The position numbers and the translations under genes were made by a program. Source: Paracoccaceae bacterium (GTDB lineage: Bacteria > Pseudomonadota > Alphaproteobacteria > Rhodobacterales > Rhodobacteraceae). Taken from it: a stretch of DNA of 64,000 nucleotides. Positions 44,414-53,473 of the stretch are shown one piece after another. The notes under the pieces were generated by a model that saw only the letters and a list, made by a program, of their open reading frames with translations, was not told the origin of the DNA and made no database searches. Within the stretch, counting starts at the first letter, position 1. Every line of letters begins with the position of its first letter. Where the stretch lies: positions 967,311-1,031,310 of the forward strand of contig CBDDJT010000003.1 in NCBI GenBank assembly GCA_965229765.1, given 5' to 3'.

Positions 44414-45631
44414 ATGCTTGAGGTTCAGGGGCTTTCAGTGGCCTACGGCCAGCACCGCGCGCTGGAAGACGCCAGCCTGCGCGTCGCGCCCGGCGAAATC
44501 GTGGTCATCCTCGGCGCCAACGGCGCCGGAAAGTCGACGCTGCTCAAGGCCGTGTCGGGCATCTGCGAGGGCCAGGTCAATGGCTCGATCACGCTCGACG
44601 GACACGAACTGACGGGCCTTTCGCCTGATCGCATCGTCGAGGAGGGCATCGCACTGGTGCCAGAGGGGCGCGGCGTCTTCGCGGAACTGACCGTGCGCGA
44701 GAACCTGACGCTTGGCGCCTATGCGGGCCGGGCCCGCGACGAAGAGGCGGCGAACCTCGCCCGCGTCTACGAGCTGTTCCCTAAGCTGCGCGAACGCGGC
44801 CGGCAGGTGGTGCGCACCATGTCGGGCGGCGAACAGCAGATGGTCGCCATCGGCCGCGCGATGATGTCGAACCCGCAGGTCCTGACACTGGACGAACCCT
44901 CGCTGGGACTGTCGCCGCTTCTGTGCAAGGAGTTGTTCCAGAACCTTGCCCGCGTGCGCGACCTCGGGCTTGGCGTGCTGCTGGTGGAACAGAACGCGCG
45001 CCAGTCGCTGGCCATCGCCGACCGGGGCTATCTTCTGGAGAACGCCCATATCGTGCATCAGGACAGCGCCGAGGCGCTGCGCAGCGACCCCGCCGTGCAG
45101 GCCGCCTATCTCGGCGCGGGCGGGGCGGCGGCGCCGCACACCTATGACGACGTCACCGACACGGCGCCGCACGGGGACGCGCCCCCCCCGGCAGCCGACC
45201 TGCCGCGGATCGAACCCCGCGCCCGATCGACCCGGACACGGTCCGCCGACGCGGTGCTCGGCGCCTCCATCGCCGACCTTGTCGCCGGCGCCAGCGCCCG
45301 CACCGCGGCCAGCGTCAGCGAAAGGCGCGCCGCGCCTGCGGCAACGGACGCGGGCGCGCACAACGACCGGCTGGCCGCCACGCTGGACGAGATCGCGCGC
45401 GCCGCGCAGGCCGCCCGGGCCCGGCGCGGGCGCCTCGCGGCGATGGAACGCGACCGTCCCCCGGCCGATCCCGCGCCGACGCAGCGCCGACGTGACGCCG
45501 ACGTGATGCCGACGTCCCGATCCGGGGCCGAAACGGCCCCGCCCGTCACCCTTGAAATCTACCGCGCGCCCCGGGTCGAGGTCTATCGCCGCCGCCCCGG
45601 CGCCGCCGAATTCGACCGCAAGGAAGGATAG
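44414..45631 (+). CDS. ABC transporter ATP-binding protein (LivF-like) with a ~170-codon low-complexity C-terminal extension
   Basis: ATG 44414 begins MLEVQGLSVAYG. Walker A is GANGAGKST, the signature is MSGGEQQ and Walker B is VLTLDEPSLGLSP. The canonical LivF end AAYLG falls at ~45115, but the frame stays open to TAG 45629-45631. Confidence 0.8.
   Translation: MLEVQGLSVAYGQHRALEDASLRVAPGEIVVILGANGAGKSTLLKAVSGICEGQVNGSITLDGHELTGLSPDRIVEEGIALVPEGRGVFAELTVRENLTLGAYAGRARDEEAANLARVYELFPKLRERGRQVVRTMSGGEQQMVAIGRAMMSNPQVLTLDEPSLGLSPLLCKELFQNLARVRDLGLGVLLVEQNARQSLAIADRGYLLENAHIVHQDSAEALRSDPAVQAAYLGAGGAAAPHTYDDVTDTAPHGDAPPPAADLPRIEPRARSTRTRSADAVLGASIADLVAGASARTAASVSERRAAPAATDAGAHNDRLAATLDEIARAAQAARARRGRLAAMERDRPPADPAPTQRRRDADVMPTSRSGAETAPPVTLEIYRAPRVEVYRRRPGAAEFDRKEG
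45475..45518 (+). repeat. Four tandem 11-bp units of the GCCGACGNNNN family, followed by a GC hairpin
   Basis: The units are gccgacgcagc, gccgacgtgac, gccgacgtgat and gccgacgtccc. The hairpin ggggccg-aaa-cggcccc follows at 45524-45540. Confidence 0.9.
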
Positions 45632-45634
45632 CAG

Positions 45635-47110
45635 ATGCTCGACGACCTGCACCGCACCAAGACCCTACGGGGGATGTATATCGGCGGCGAATGGCGCCCC
45701 TCGGCGCGCACGTTCGACGATGTGAACCCCTCTGACGGAAGCATCTTCGCCAAGGCGCCAGAGGGCGGCCGGGCCGAGGCGCGCGCCGCGATCGAAGCCG
45801 CCCAGCGCGCCTTTCCCGCCTGGTCCGCCCTGCCCTTCCAGGAACGCGCGCATGCCATGCTGAAAATCGCCGACGTCTGGGAACGCCGCGCCCCCGACTT
45901 CGTCGCCGCCGCCCAGTCCGAAGGCGGCGGCTGGTTCGGCAAGGGCATGTTCGAAGTCGGCTATGTCGCCGAGGTTTTCCGCGCCGCCGCAGGCGTTTGC
46001 TATGGCCCCATCGGCGAGGTGCTGCCTTCCGAGCACGGCAAGGTGTCGACCGCGGTGCGCTATCCGATGGGCGTGGTCAGCGTCATCTCGCCCTGGAACA
46101 TGCCGGGCATCCTGACCTCGCGCGGCTTTGCCTTTCCGATGGCCGCGGGCAATACGATCGTGCTGAAACCGTCCGAGGACACGCCCTATGCCGGCGGGCT
46201 GCTCTTTGCCGAAGTGCTTGAAGAAGCGGGGATTCCCGCCGGCGTCTTCAACGTCGTCACCTGCTCGCGCGACAACGTGCAGGAGATGGGCGACGAACTG
46301 GTCGAGAACCCGCTGGTCAAGGGTATCTCGTTCACCGGCTCCACCCCCGTGGGCCGCCAGATCGCCGCGCGCGCGGGGGCGCATCTGAAAAAGGCCTGTG
46401 TCGAGCTTGGCGGCAAGGACAGCCTGATCGTGCTGGAAGACGCCGACATGGACCGCGCCACAAGCGCCGCCAGCTTCGGCAGCTTCATGCACCAGGGCCA
46501 GATCTGCATGTCGGTCGAGAAGGTGCTGGTGCAGGAAAGCGTCTATCCCGAGTTCCTGCGCCGCTTCGTCGAACGGGCGGCAAAGCTGAAGACCGGCAAC
46601 GTCGCGGACAAATCCAACGTCATCGGCCCGCTGATCAACGACCGGCAGGTCGCGCGGGTGAAGCACCAGATCGAGGACGCGCTGGCAAAGGGCGCCAAGC
46701 TGGCACTTGGCGGCACGGTGCGCGACCGCTTCGTGGAACCCACGATCCTGACGAATGTCACCCCCGACATGGCCGTCTGGCAGGACGAAACCTTCGGCCC
46801 CGTCGCCGTGGTCGTGCCCTTCCGCACGGATGCCGAGGCCATCGCGCTGAACAACGACACGGAATACGGGCTGTCGGCGGGGATCATCACCGCAAACGAG
46901 GATCGTGCGCTGGCCATGGCCGCGCGGCTGGAAACCGGCATGTGCCACGTCAACTGCTCGTCCATCAACGACGAGCCGCACGTTCCCTTCGGCGGCACCA
47001 AGGCCTCGGGCGTGGGCCGGCACGGGGGCCGCTGGTCGATGGAAACCTTCACCGAGACGCGCTGGATCACGCTGGATCGCGGCGGCCGTCCTTTCCCGCC
47101 GGTGTTCTGA
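45635..47110 (+). CDS. NAD(P)-dependent aldehyde dehydrogenase (second copy)
   Basis: AGGAAGGA lies upstream of ATG 45635. Motifs: VISPWNMPG, ELGGKDSLIVLEDAD, and FMHQGQICMSVEKVL (catalytic Cys). Confidence 0.9.
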   Translation: MLDDLHRTKTLRGMYIGGEWRPSARTFDDVNPSDGSIFAKAPEGGRAEARAAIEAAQRAFPAWSALPFQERAHAMLKIADVWERRAPDFVAAAQSEGGGWFGKGMFEVGYVAEVFRAAAGVCYGPIGEVLPSEHGKVSTAVRYPMGVVSVISPWNMPGILTSRGFAFPMAAGNTIVLKPSEDTPYAGGLLFAEVLEEAGIPAGVFNVVTCSRDNVQEMGDELVENPLVKGISFTGSTPVGRQIAARAGAHLKKACVELGGKDSLIVLEDADMDRATSAASFGSFMHQGQICMSVEKVLVQESVYPEFLRRFVERAAKLKTGNVADKSNVIGPLINDRQVARVKHQIEDALAKGAKLALGGTVRDRFVEPTILTNVTPDMAVWQDETFGPVAVVVPFRTDAEAIALNNDTEYGLSAGIITANEDRALAMAARLETGMCHVNCSSINDEPHVPFGGTKASGVGRHGGRWSMETFTETRWITLDRGGRPFPPVF

Positions 47111-47916
47111 TGGCGGCGACCTGGGAAAGCGGCCCGCTGCTGAAGGGCAAGACGATCGTCGTCACCGGCTCTGCCTCGGGCATCGGGCTGGAAACCGCGC
47201 GGCTGTGCACCAAGCTTGGCGCCACGGTGCTGGGCGTGGACGTGACCAAGCGTTTCGACCATGTCGAGGAGTTCTACCGCGCCGACCTGACGGACCCGCG
47301 CACCATCGACGCGCTGGTCGATGCGCTGCCTCAGGGCATCGACGGGCTTGCCAACATCGCCGGGCTTCCGCCCACCGCCCCGGCGGAAAAGGTGTTGAAC
47401 GTCAACCTCTTCGGGCTGAAGCGCCTGACGCTGGGCCTCATCCCCAAGCTGTCGAAGGGCGCCAGCATCGTCAACCTCGCCTCGCTGGCGGGCTTCGGCT
47501 GGCCGCAATCGGCAGAGGCGATCAAGGCCAGCGAGCACGCGGACATGGATGCGCTTGGCCCCTTCATGGACCGATTTGAGATCACCAACGCGGGCGGGCG
47601 CAGCTATTTCTTTTCCAAGGAAGCACTGATCGTCTGGACAATGCAGAACCGCTGGACATGGCGTGACCGGGGCATCCGGATGAACACCGTCAGCCCCGGC
47701 CCGGTCGATACCCCGATCCTGGGCGACTTTCTTGAAACGCTCGGCGCCCGCGCCGAGGAGGACGCCCGCGTGATGGACCGCCCCGGCACGCCGCAGGACA
47801 TCGCGCCCGTGGTCGCCTTTCTGCTGTCGGACATGACCAGCTGGATCCGTGGCACCAACATCCCAGTCGACGGGGGCATGTCGTCGAACATCCTGTGCGA
47901 AATGCACGGGCACTAA
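47110..47916 (+). CDS. Short-chain dehydrogenase/reductase (coniferyl-alcohol-dehydrogenase-like SDR subgroup; the subgroup is tentative)
   Basis: The ATG overlaps the preceding TGA by 1 nt. Motifs: VVTGSASGIGLETA (TGxxxGxG), YFFSKEAL (YxxxK) and NTVSPGPVDTP. Confidence 0.8.
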   Translation: MAATWESGPLLKGKTIVVTGSASGIGLETARLCTKLGATVLGVDVTKRFDHVEEFYRADLTDPRTIDALVDALPQGIDGLANIAGLPPTAPAEKVLNVNLFGLKRLTLGLIPKLSKGASIVNLASLAGFGWPQSAEAIKASEHADMDALGPFMDRFEITNAGGRSYFFSKEALIVWTMQNRWTWRDRGIRMNTVSPGPVDTPILGDFLETLGARAEEDARVMDRPGTPQDIAPVVAFLLSDMTSWIRGTNIPVDGGMSSNILCEMHGH

Positions 47917-47932
47917 CGGAGGAGACCGAGAA

Positions 47933-49492
47933 ATGTCGGCCCTGGCCTGGATCATCCTTCTGATCGCGATCGTCGCCGTCCTGGTGGTGCTTGCGGCATG
48001 GTTCTACGAACGCGCCACCAACGAGGTGAGCCTTGTGAAGACCGGCGTCGGCGGCCGCAAGGTCGTGATCGACGGCGGCACGCTGGCGATCCCCTATTTC
48101 CACGAGATCACGCGCGTGAACATGCAGACTCTGCGATTGTCGGTGGCGCGAACGGGCGACCAGTCTCTTATCACCAACGACCGCTTGCGGGTGGACGTGG
48201 GGGCCGAGTTCTACGTCTCGGTCCAGCCCGAGGCCGAGGCCATCGCCCGCGCCGCGCAGACGCTGGGCAAGCGGCTGTTCCAGCCCGACCAGTTGCGCGC
48301 GCTGATCGACGGGATGCTGGTGGACGCCATGCGGTCCGTCGCGGCGCGGCTGACCATGGACGAGTTGCACGAGAACCGCGCCCAGTTCGTGGCCGAGGTG
48401 CGCGGCGCGCTGGTCGAGCCGCTGGGCCGCTACGGGCTTCAGATCGACAGCGTGTCTCTCTCGGCGCTGGATCAGACGCCGTTTTCGGCGCTGGACGAGA
48501 ACAACGCCTTCAACGCGGTCGGTATGCGCAAGCTGGCCGAGGTGATCGCCAAGTCCAAGAAGGAACGCGCCGAGATCGAAAGCGACAGCGAGGTCAGCGT
48601 GCGCCGCGCCGCCATGGAAGCGGCCAAGCGCAAGCTGGAAATCGACCTTGACCAGCGCCGCGCGGAAATCGCCCAGACGCAAGAGATCGAAACGTTGCTG
48701 GCCGCGCAGCTGGCTGAAGTCGCTCAGAAAAAAGCCGACAGCGAGCGCACGGCGGCGCAGGCGCGCATTCGGATGGAAACCGATATCCAGGCCGCCGACA
48801 TCGCGCGCGAACAGCAGATCCGGGAGGCCGAGATCGCCCAGTCCCGCACGCTGGAACTGGCCGAACGCGACCGCCAGATCAAGCTGAGCGAGAAAAGCCA
48901 GGAGGAAAGCCGCGCCCAGGCCGATGCCGACACCGCGCGCGCCGAGGCGGTAAAGGCCGCCGAAGCGGTGCTGACCGCGCGCCAGATGGCCGAGGCAGAG
49001 CGGCGCAAGCGCCTTGCCCTGATCGCGGCAGAGGAGCAGGCCGAAGCCGCCGCCGCAAAGGCCCGCATCACGGCGGCCAGCGAGAAGGCTACCGCAGCCG
49101 ACCGCACCGCCGCGCGGCGCGAAGAGGCAGAGGCGATGAAGGCCATGGAACTGGCCCGCGCCGAGGCCACCCGCGCCCGGATCGAGGCCGAGAACGCGCG
49201 CTCTGACGCGATCGTGGCGATGGAACTGGAAAAGGCCCGGCTGGAGGCGATGCCGCGCATCATGGCCGAGATGGTCAAGCCCGCCGAGAAGATCGACCGC
49301 ATCAGCGTCAACCACATCAGCGGCGGCCTGCGCGACCGGGGCGACGGGGCAGCGCCCCTGTCGCCGGTGAACCAGACCATTGAATCGATCATGGACATGG
49401 CGCTTCAGCTTCCCACCCTGCAGAAACTGGGCGAAACGGTCAGCGCGAACCTGTCCGGCGTGTCCGAAAAAGGCGCGAAATCAGGCGACTAA
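47933..49492 (+). CDS. Flotillin / SPFH (band 7) domain protein
   Basis: GGAGGAGA lies upstream of ATG 47933. An N-terminal TM helix (WIILLIAIVAVLVVLAAWFY) and an SPFH core are followed by a long Glu/Ala/Arg coiled-coil tail. Confidence 0.8.
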   Translation: MSALAWIILLIAIVAVLVVLAAWFYERATNEVSLVKTGVGGRKVVIDGGTLAIPYFHEITRVNMQTLRLSVARTGDQSLITNDRLRVDVGAEFYVSVQPEAEAIARAAQTLGKRLFQPDQLRALIDGMLVDAMRSVAARLTMDELHENRAQFVAEVRGALVEPLGRYGLQIDSVSLSALDQTPFSALDENNAFNAVGMRKLAEVIAKSKKERAEIESDSEVSVRRAAMEAAKRKLEIDLDQRRAEIAQTQEIETLLAAQLAEVAQKKADSERTAAQARIRMETDIQAADIAREQQIREAEIAQSRTLELAERDRQIKLSEKSQEESRAQADADTARAEAVKAAEAVLTARQMAEAERRKRLALIAAEEQAEAAAAKARITAASEKATAADRTAARREEAEAMKAMELARAEATRARIEAENARSDAIVAMELEKARLEAMPRIMAEMVKPAEKIDRISVNHISGGLRDRGDGAAPLSPVNQTIESIMDMALQLPTLQKLGETVSANLSGVSEKGAKSGD

Positions 49493-51153
49493 CCGGTTCC
49501 CGGTTCCGTTTCGGGACCGGGGCGCTTGCCATAGAACGGCAGGGCCGAGGGGGGGGCCTCGGCCTCGTCCCAGGCGCCCAGCAGGATGCCGCGTGCGGGG
49601 GACCTGCCGCGTTCCGTGGCAACCTCTTCGGGGCTCATCGTGGTGCGCTGCGACAGGCGGCGCGCCCAGTCCGACAGGTGGGCGGCCATCTCGGTGCGCA
49701 CCGCCTCATGCGCGGGGTCCGCGCCGAGGTCGTGAAGCTCGTCCGGGTCGCGTTCCAGATCAAACAGCATCGGGCGGAACCCCTCGGCATGGATGTATTT
49801 CCACCGCTCCGTCACCAGCATGAACTGGCGCGGATCGTCCACCTGCGTGGCCAGCGCCTCCATCGCCGGGGTGATGCCGTAGTCGTTTTCCGAGATCGCG
49901 TAACTACGCCATTTCCCGGGGTTTTCCCCGTGCAGGAACGGGGTCAGAGAGCGGCCTTCGAGGATGTGCGGACGGGGTCTGCCGCCAGCGACCTCAAGGA
50001 ATGTGGGGGCCAGATCGATCGATTCCACCAGCGCGTCGCAGGTGGTGCCGCGCGTGGCGTCGGCGGCGGCCGACGGGTCGCGGATTATGAGCGGCACCTT
50101 GGCCGAACAGTCGTGGAACATGTCCTTCTCGCCCATCCAGTGGTCGCCCAGATAGTCGCCATGGTCCGAGGTCAGGACGATCAGCGTGTCGTCCCAGCGA
50201 CCAGTCTCCTTCAGCCAGGCAAACAACCGTCCCATCTGGTCGTCGCATTGCTTTATCAGGCCCATGTAGGCCGGGATCACGGTTTCGCGCACCTGGTCGC
50301 GAGAGAACGACTGCGACACCCGGCCCTCGATATAGGCGCGGAAGACGGGGTGGGTGTCGGCCAGTTCGGCGTCCGAGCGGTTGACCGGGATCACGTGTTC
50401 CGGCCCATACATGTCGTTGTAGGGCGGCGGCGCGATATAGGGCCAGTGCGGCTTGATGTAGCTCAGATGCAGGCACCAAGGCGTGTCGCCGGCCTGCTCC
50501 ATGAACTCGATCGCGCGGGTGGTCATGTAGGGGGTTTCGCTGTCCTCTTCCCGGATCTCGGCAGGGGCGCGGGCGTTCTTCAGGAACCAGCCAGACAGCA
50601 CGTTTCCATCCGCGTCGCGGGCGGAATTTGCGAAGTCGTGCCAAGGGTTTGGGCCGGGATAGCCCCGCTCGCGCAGCCAGTCGTTGTAGCGTTCTGCGCC
50701 ATGCTCGTCATAAAGACCGTCAGGCCCTTCGGGGCGCATGCCGTCGTCGCGTTCCCAGACGTCGAAGCCGCATTGTTCCGCCCGCAGACCGATGATGCTG
50801 TCGCGCGGGATGCCAAGGCGCAACATGCCCTCGTCATCGGCCTTCATGTGGGTCTTGCCGACCAGCCAGCAATCCATCCCGGCGGCGCGCAGGTGGTCGC
50901 CCATCGTGTGCTCTCCGACCTTGAGCGGCACGCGGTTCCAGGTGGCGCCGTGGGAGTGGCAGTAGCGGCCGGTGTAGAAGGACATGCGGGAGGCGCCGCA
51001 GACGGGGGACTGGACATAGGCGCGGGTGAAGCGGACGCCGTCGGCGGCCAGCGCGTCGATATGCGGCGTGTGCAGGTGGGGATGGCCGGCGCAGGACAGG
51101 TAATCCCAGCGCAACTGGTCGAACATGATGAAAAGGATGTTCTTTTTGCCCAT
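49489..51153 (-). CDS. Cys-type sulfatase / phosphonate-monoester-hydrolase-like enzyme (alkaline-phosphatase superfamily)
   Basis: NILFIMFDQLRWDY is followed by the C-x-A-x-R motif in SPVCGASRMSFYTGRY. The convergent 4-nt overlap with the flotillin stop reads ctaa. Confidence 0.8.
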   Translation of the reverse strand: MGKKNILFIMFDQLRWDYLSCAGHPHLHTPHIDALAADGVRFTRAYVQSPVCGASRMSFYTGRYCHSHGATWNRVPLKVGEHTMGDHLRAAGMDCWLVGKTHMKADDEGMLRLGIPRDSIIGLRAEQCGFDVWERDDGMRPEGPDGLYDEHGAERYNDWLRERGYPGPNPWHDFANSARDADGNVLSGWFLKNARAPAEIREEDSETPYMTTRAIEFMEQAGDTPWCLHLSYIKPHWPYIAPPPYNDMYGPEHVIPVNRSDAELADTHPVFRAYIEGRVSQSFSRDQVRETVIPAYMGLIKQCDDQMGRLFAWLKETGRWDDTLIVLTSDHGDYLGDHWMGEKDMFHDCSAKVPLIIRDPSAAADATRGTTCDALVESIDLAPTFLEVAGGRPRPHILEGRSLTPFLHGENPGKWRSYAISENDYGITPAMEALATQVDDPRQFMLVTERWKYIHAEGFRPMLFDLERDPDELHDLGADPAHEAVRTEMAAHLSDWARRLSQRTTMSPEEVATERGRSPARGILLGAWDEAEAPPSALPFYGKRPGPETEPGTG

Positions 51154-51281
51154 GGCTCCCTCCCTTGGCCTGCGCCCGGTCGCAGGCTAGGGGGTGCGCG
51201 AGGGCTTGTCGAACACTTGTCGGCGCTCCCTTGGACGAATCGGGATTAACGCATTGAAAGAGCAGGAAAACCCCCTGCGGC

Positions 51282-51325
51282 ATCACGTCGGCAAAATGTC
51301 GGCATCGCGTCGGCGCGACCGGCGC
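51282..51325 (-). repeat. Three to four tandem 11-bp units of the GCCGACGNNNN family (read on the minus strand)
   Basis: The minus-strand reading is gccgacgcgat, gccgacatttt, gccgacgtgat, preceded by a degenerate unit. The array lies between the MetE-like stop and the sulfatase start, 129 nt upstream of the sulfatase ATG. Confidence 0.85.
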
Positions 51326-51369
51326 GAAAACCGGGGTTAACGGGGCGTGCGGCGGCGGGCCGCCGCCGG

Positions 51370-52491
51370 TCAGGCGGTGGCGTGCGCGCCCTCGGCCAGG
51401 GTGGCGAGCTTGGCCCAGGCAATCTCGGGGTCGACCGCGCCGAAGCCCGCGAAGGTGCCGAAGCCGCAGTCGGACCCGGCGATCACGCGATCCGCCCCGA
51501 CGATGTCGGTGAACCGCTCCAGCCGCTGGCGCACGAGATCGGGGTGTTCCACGAAATTCGTCGTCGTGTCGACCACGCCCGGCACCAGCACCTTGTCCTC
51601 GGGAATGTCGGCAGCGCGGTCGCGGAACACGGCCCATTCGTGCCCGTGGCGCGGGTTCGACGTCTCGAAGAGCACATAGCGGGCACGCGCCAACATCAGC
51701 GTGTCGAACATGGTGGCCATGGGAATGTCGCAGACATGCGGGCCTTCGTAGTTGCCCCAGCAGATGTGGATGCGCACACGGTCCTCGGGCACGTCCGACA
51801 GCGCGTGGTTCAGCGCCTCGACATGGGCGGCGGCGACGCGGACGAACTCTGCGTCCGAGAGATCGGTGAAGAGCATGTGCCGCGACAGGGCAAGGTCGGG
51901 GCAATCGAGCTGCAAATCGAGCCCGGCAGCGACGATGGTTTCATACTCGGCCTTCATCGCATCGGCGAGCGCGGCAAGATAGGCGTCGCGCGTGGGGTAA
52001 AAGTCGTTCTGCAGGAAAAGCGAGATCACGCCCGGCGAGGCCGCGTTCATGAAGCCGCGTTCGGCCCCGTGCGCGTCCATCGCGGCGCGCAGGTTGGCGA
52101 TGTCCTTTTCCAGTTCGCCCTGCCCCTTGGACCGCACATCGCCCACGCACATGGGGCGGGCGTATTGCGGGGTGCCGCCCGACTTCGCGATGCGGTCGAG
52201 GAAGGAGGGATAAAGCTTGAGGTCGGCGGGCGCGTTGCGCGGGCTGTCGCCGTCAAAGCCGGTGTAGCGGTCCTTCACATAGGTGGCGTAGCTGATCTTT
52301 GAGGTTTCGCCATCGCTGACGATGTCTATCCCGGCGGCAACCTGGCGGCGCACCACATCGTCCACCGCGCGCGTCATCACGGCGTCGAAGGTGGCGGGGT
52401 CATAGGCCTCTGCCCGTTCGCGGGCGAAAAGCTGGTCGACGACATCCTGGCTGCGCGGCAGGCTGCCGACATGGGTGGCGGCAAGGGGCAT
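51370..52491 (-). CDS. Cobalamin-independent methionine synthase II family protein (MetE C-terminal-like Zn alkyltransferase fold)
   Basis: The N-terminus is ATHVGSLPRSQDV. Zn-ligand-like blocks are RIHICWGNYEG and IAGSDCGFG. The length is ~373 aa. Confidence 0.7.
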   Translation of the reverse strand: MPLAATHVGSLPRSQDVVDQLFARERAEAYDPATFDAVMTRAVDDVVRRQVAAGIDIVSDGETSKISYATYVKDRYTGFDGDSPRNAPADLKLYPSFLDRIAKSGGTPQYARPMCVGDVRSKGQGELEKDIANLRAAMDAHGAERGFMNAASPGVISLFLQNDFYPTRDAYLAALADAMKAEYETIVAAGLDLQLDCPDLALSRHMLFTDLSDAEFVRVAAAHVEALNHALSDVPEDRVRIHICWGNYEGPHVCDIPMATMFDTLMLARARYVLFETSNPRHGHEWAVFRDRAADIPEDKVLVPGVVDTTTNFVEHPDLVRQRLERFTDIVGADRVIAGSDCGFGTFAGFGAVDPEIAWAKLATLAEGAHATA

Positions 52492-52516
52492 GGGGTGTCC
52501 TTTCTGCGGGGTCGGG

Positions 52517-53473
52517 TCAGCCGCGCCAGGTGGCGCCTGCGGGATCGTCGGTGCCGATGACGCGGTAAAGCGCGGCCTCGCCGCTCATCGCCGGGGTGAT
52601 GGAATGGGACTGGCCCGGGGGCACAAGCGCGGTGTCGCCGGGGGCAAGCGCGGTGGTGCCGCCGTCCCAGTCAAGCCGCCAGTGGCCGCGCACGGGCATC
52701 AGCACGGTGGCATGATCGCGTGTCTCGGGCGCGGCGGGAGCGTTGGCGCGGGTCAGGAACGTGACCTGAAACCCCGGCTTGTCGCGCATGATGCCGGTTT
52801 CGCCGATCACGGTGACGGGGGCGCCGGAGTGTGCCAGCGCGACCATGTCCCAGTAGCGGCGGACATGGCCGCCGATGACCTGCATGGGCGCGGGTTCGGG
52901 ATAGGTGGCAAGCTCTTCGTCCGTCAGCAGCGGCATGGGCGAGACGCCGCCGGGCAAGGATTCGCCGCGCTTGGTGTCGTAGAGCTTGCCCTGTTCGGAC
53001 AGGATCAGGCCATGGGCGCGGGCATCCTCTATCACCTGCGGTGCCCAGATCACGCCGCCGCCCGCGTCGTCGCCGCCGAGGATGGCCATGATCATCCCGT
53101 AGTCGGTGCCGATGTTCTCGAAGCCCCGGAAGATGCCGGTGGGGATATTGATGATGTCGCCCTCTTCCAGCACCACGTCGCCCGCGTTGCCCCAGCGGCC
53201 CCAGAAGAAGCGCCAGCGCCCCGAGAGGACGAAGAACACCTCTGCCGTGCGGTGCGAATGCAGCGAGTTGCGGCATTTGGGCGGCTGGCCCGCCGCGCCG
53301 ATGTTGAAGCCGGGCGTGTCGCGGATATGGACGTGCTGATCGGGGGATTCCGACACGCCGCCGCCGATGATGGTGAAGTTCTCCTTCTGGTCGGACCCCG
53401 GTGTATGGGCGTCGATGAAGGCCGTCTTGCAGGGGACGAGGTCGCCGTAGCGGACGACTTGGGGGGCGGTCAT
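52517..53473 (-). CDS. Bicupin-domain protein
   Basis: There are two cupin-like cores: SLHSHRTAEVFFVLSGRWRFFWG...DIINIPTGIFRGFEN and HATVLMPVRGHWRLDW...ALVPPGQSHSI. ATG 53473 overlaps the upstream stop (ATGA). Confidence 0.65.
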   Translation of the reverse strand: MTAPQVVRYGDLVPCKTAFIDAHTPGSDQKENFTIIGGGVSESPDQHVHIRDTPGFNIGAAGQPPKCRNSLHSHRTAEVFFVLSGRWRFFWGRWGNAGDVVLEEGDIINIPTGIFRGFENIGTDYGMIMAILGGDDAGGGVIWAPQVIEDARAHGLILSEQGKLYDTKRGESLPGGVSPMPLLTDEELATYPEPAPMQVIGGHVRRYWDMVALAHSGAPVTVIGETGIMRDKPGFQVTFLTRANAPAAPETRDHATVLMPVRGHWRLDWDGGTTALAPGDTALVPPGQSHSITPAMSGEAALYRVIGTDDPAGATWRG

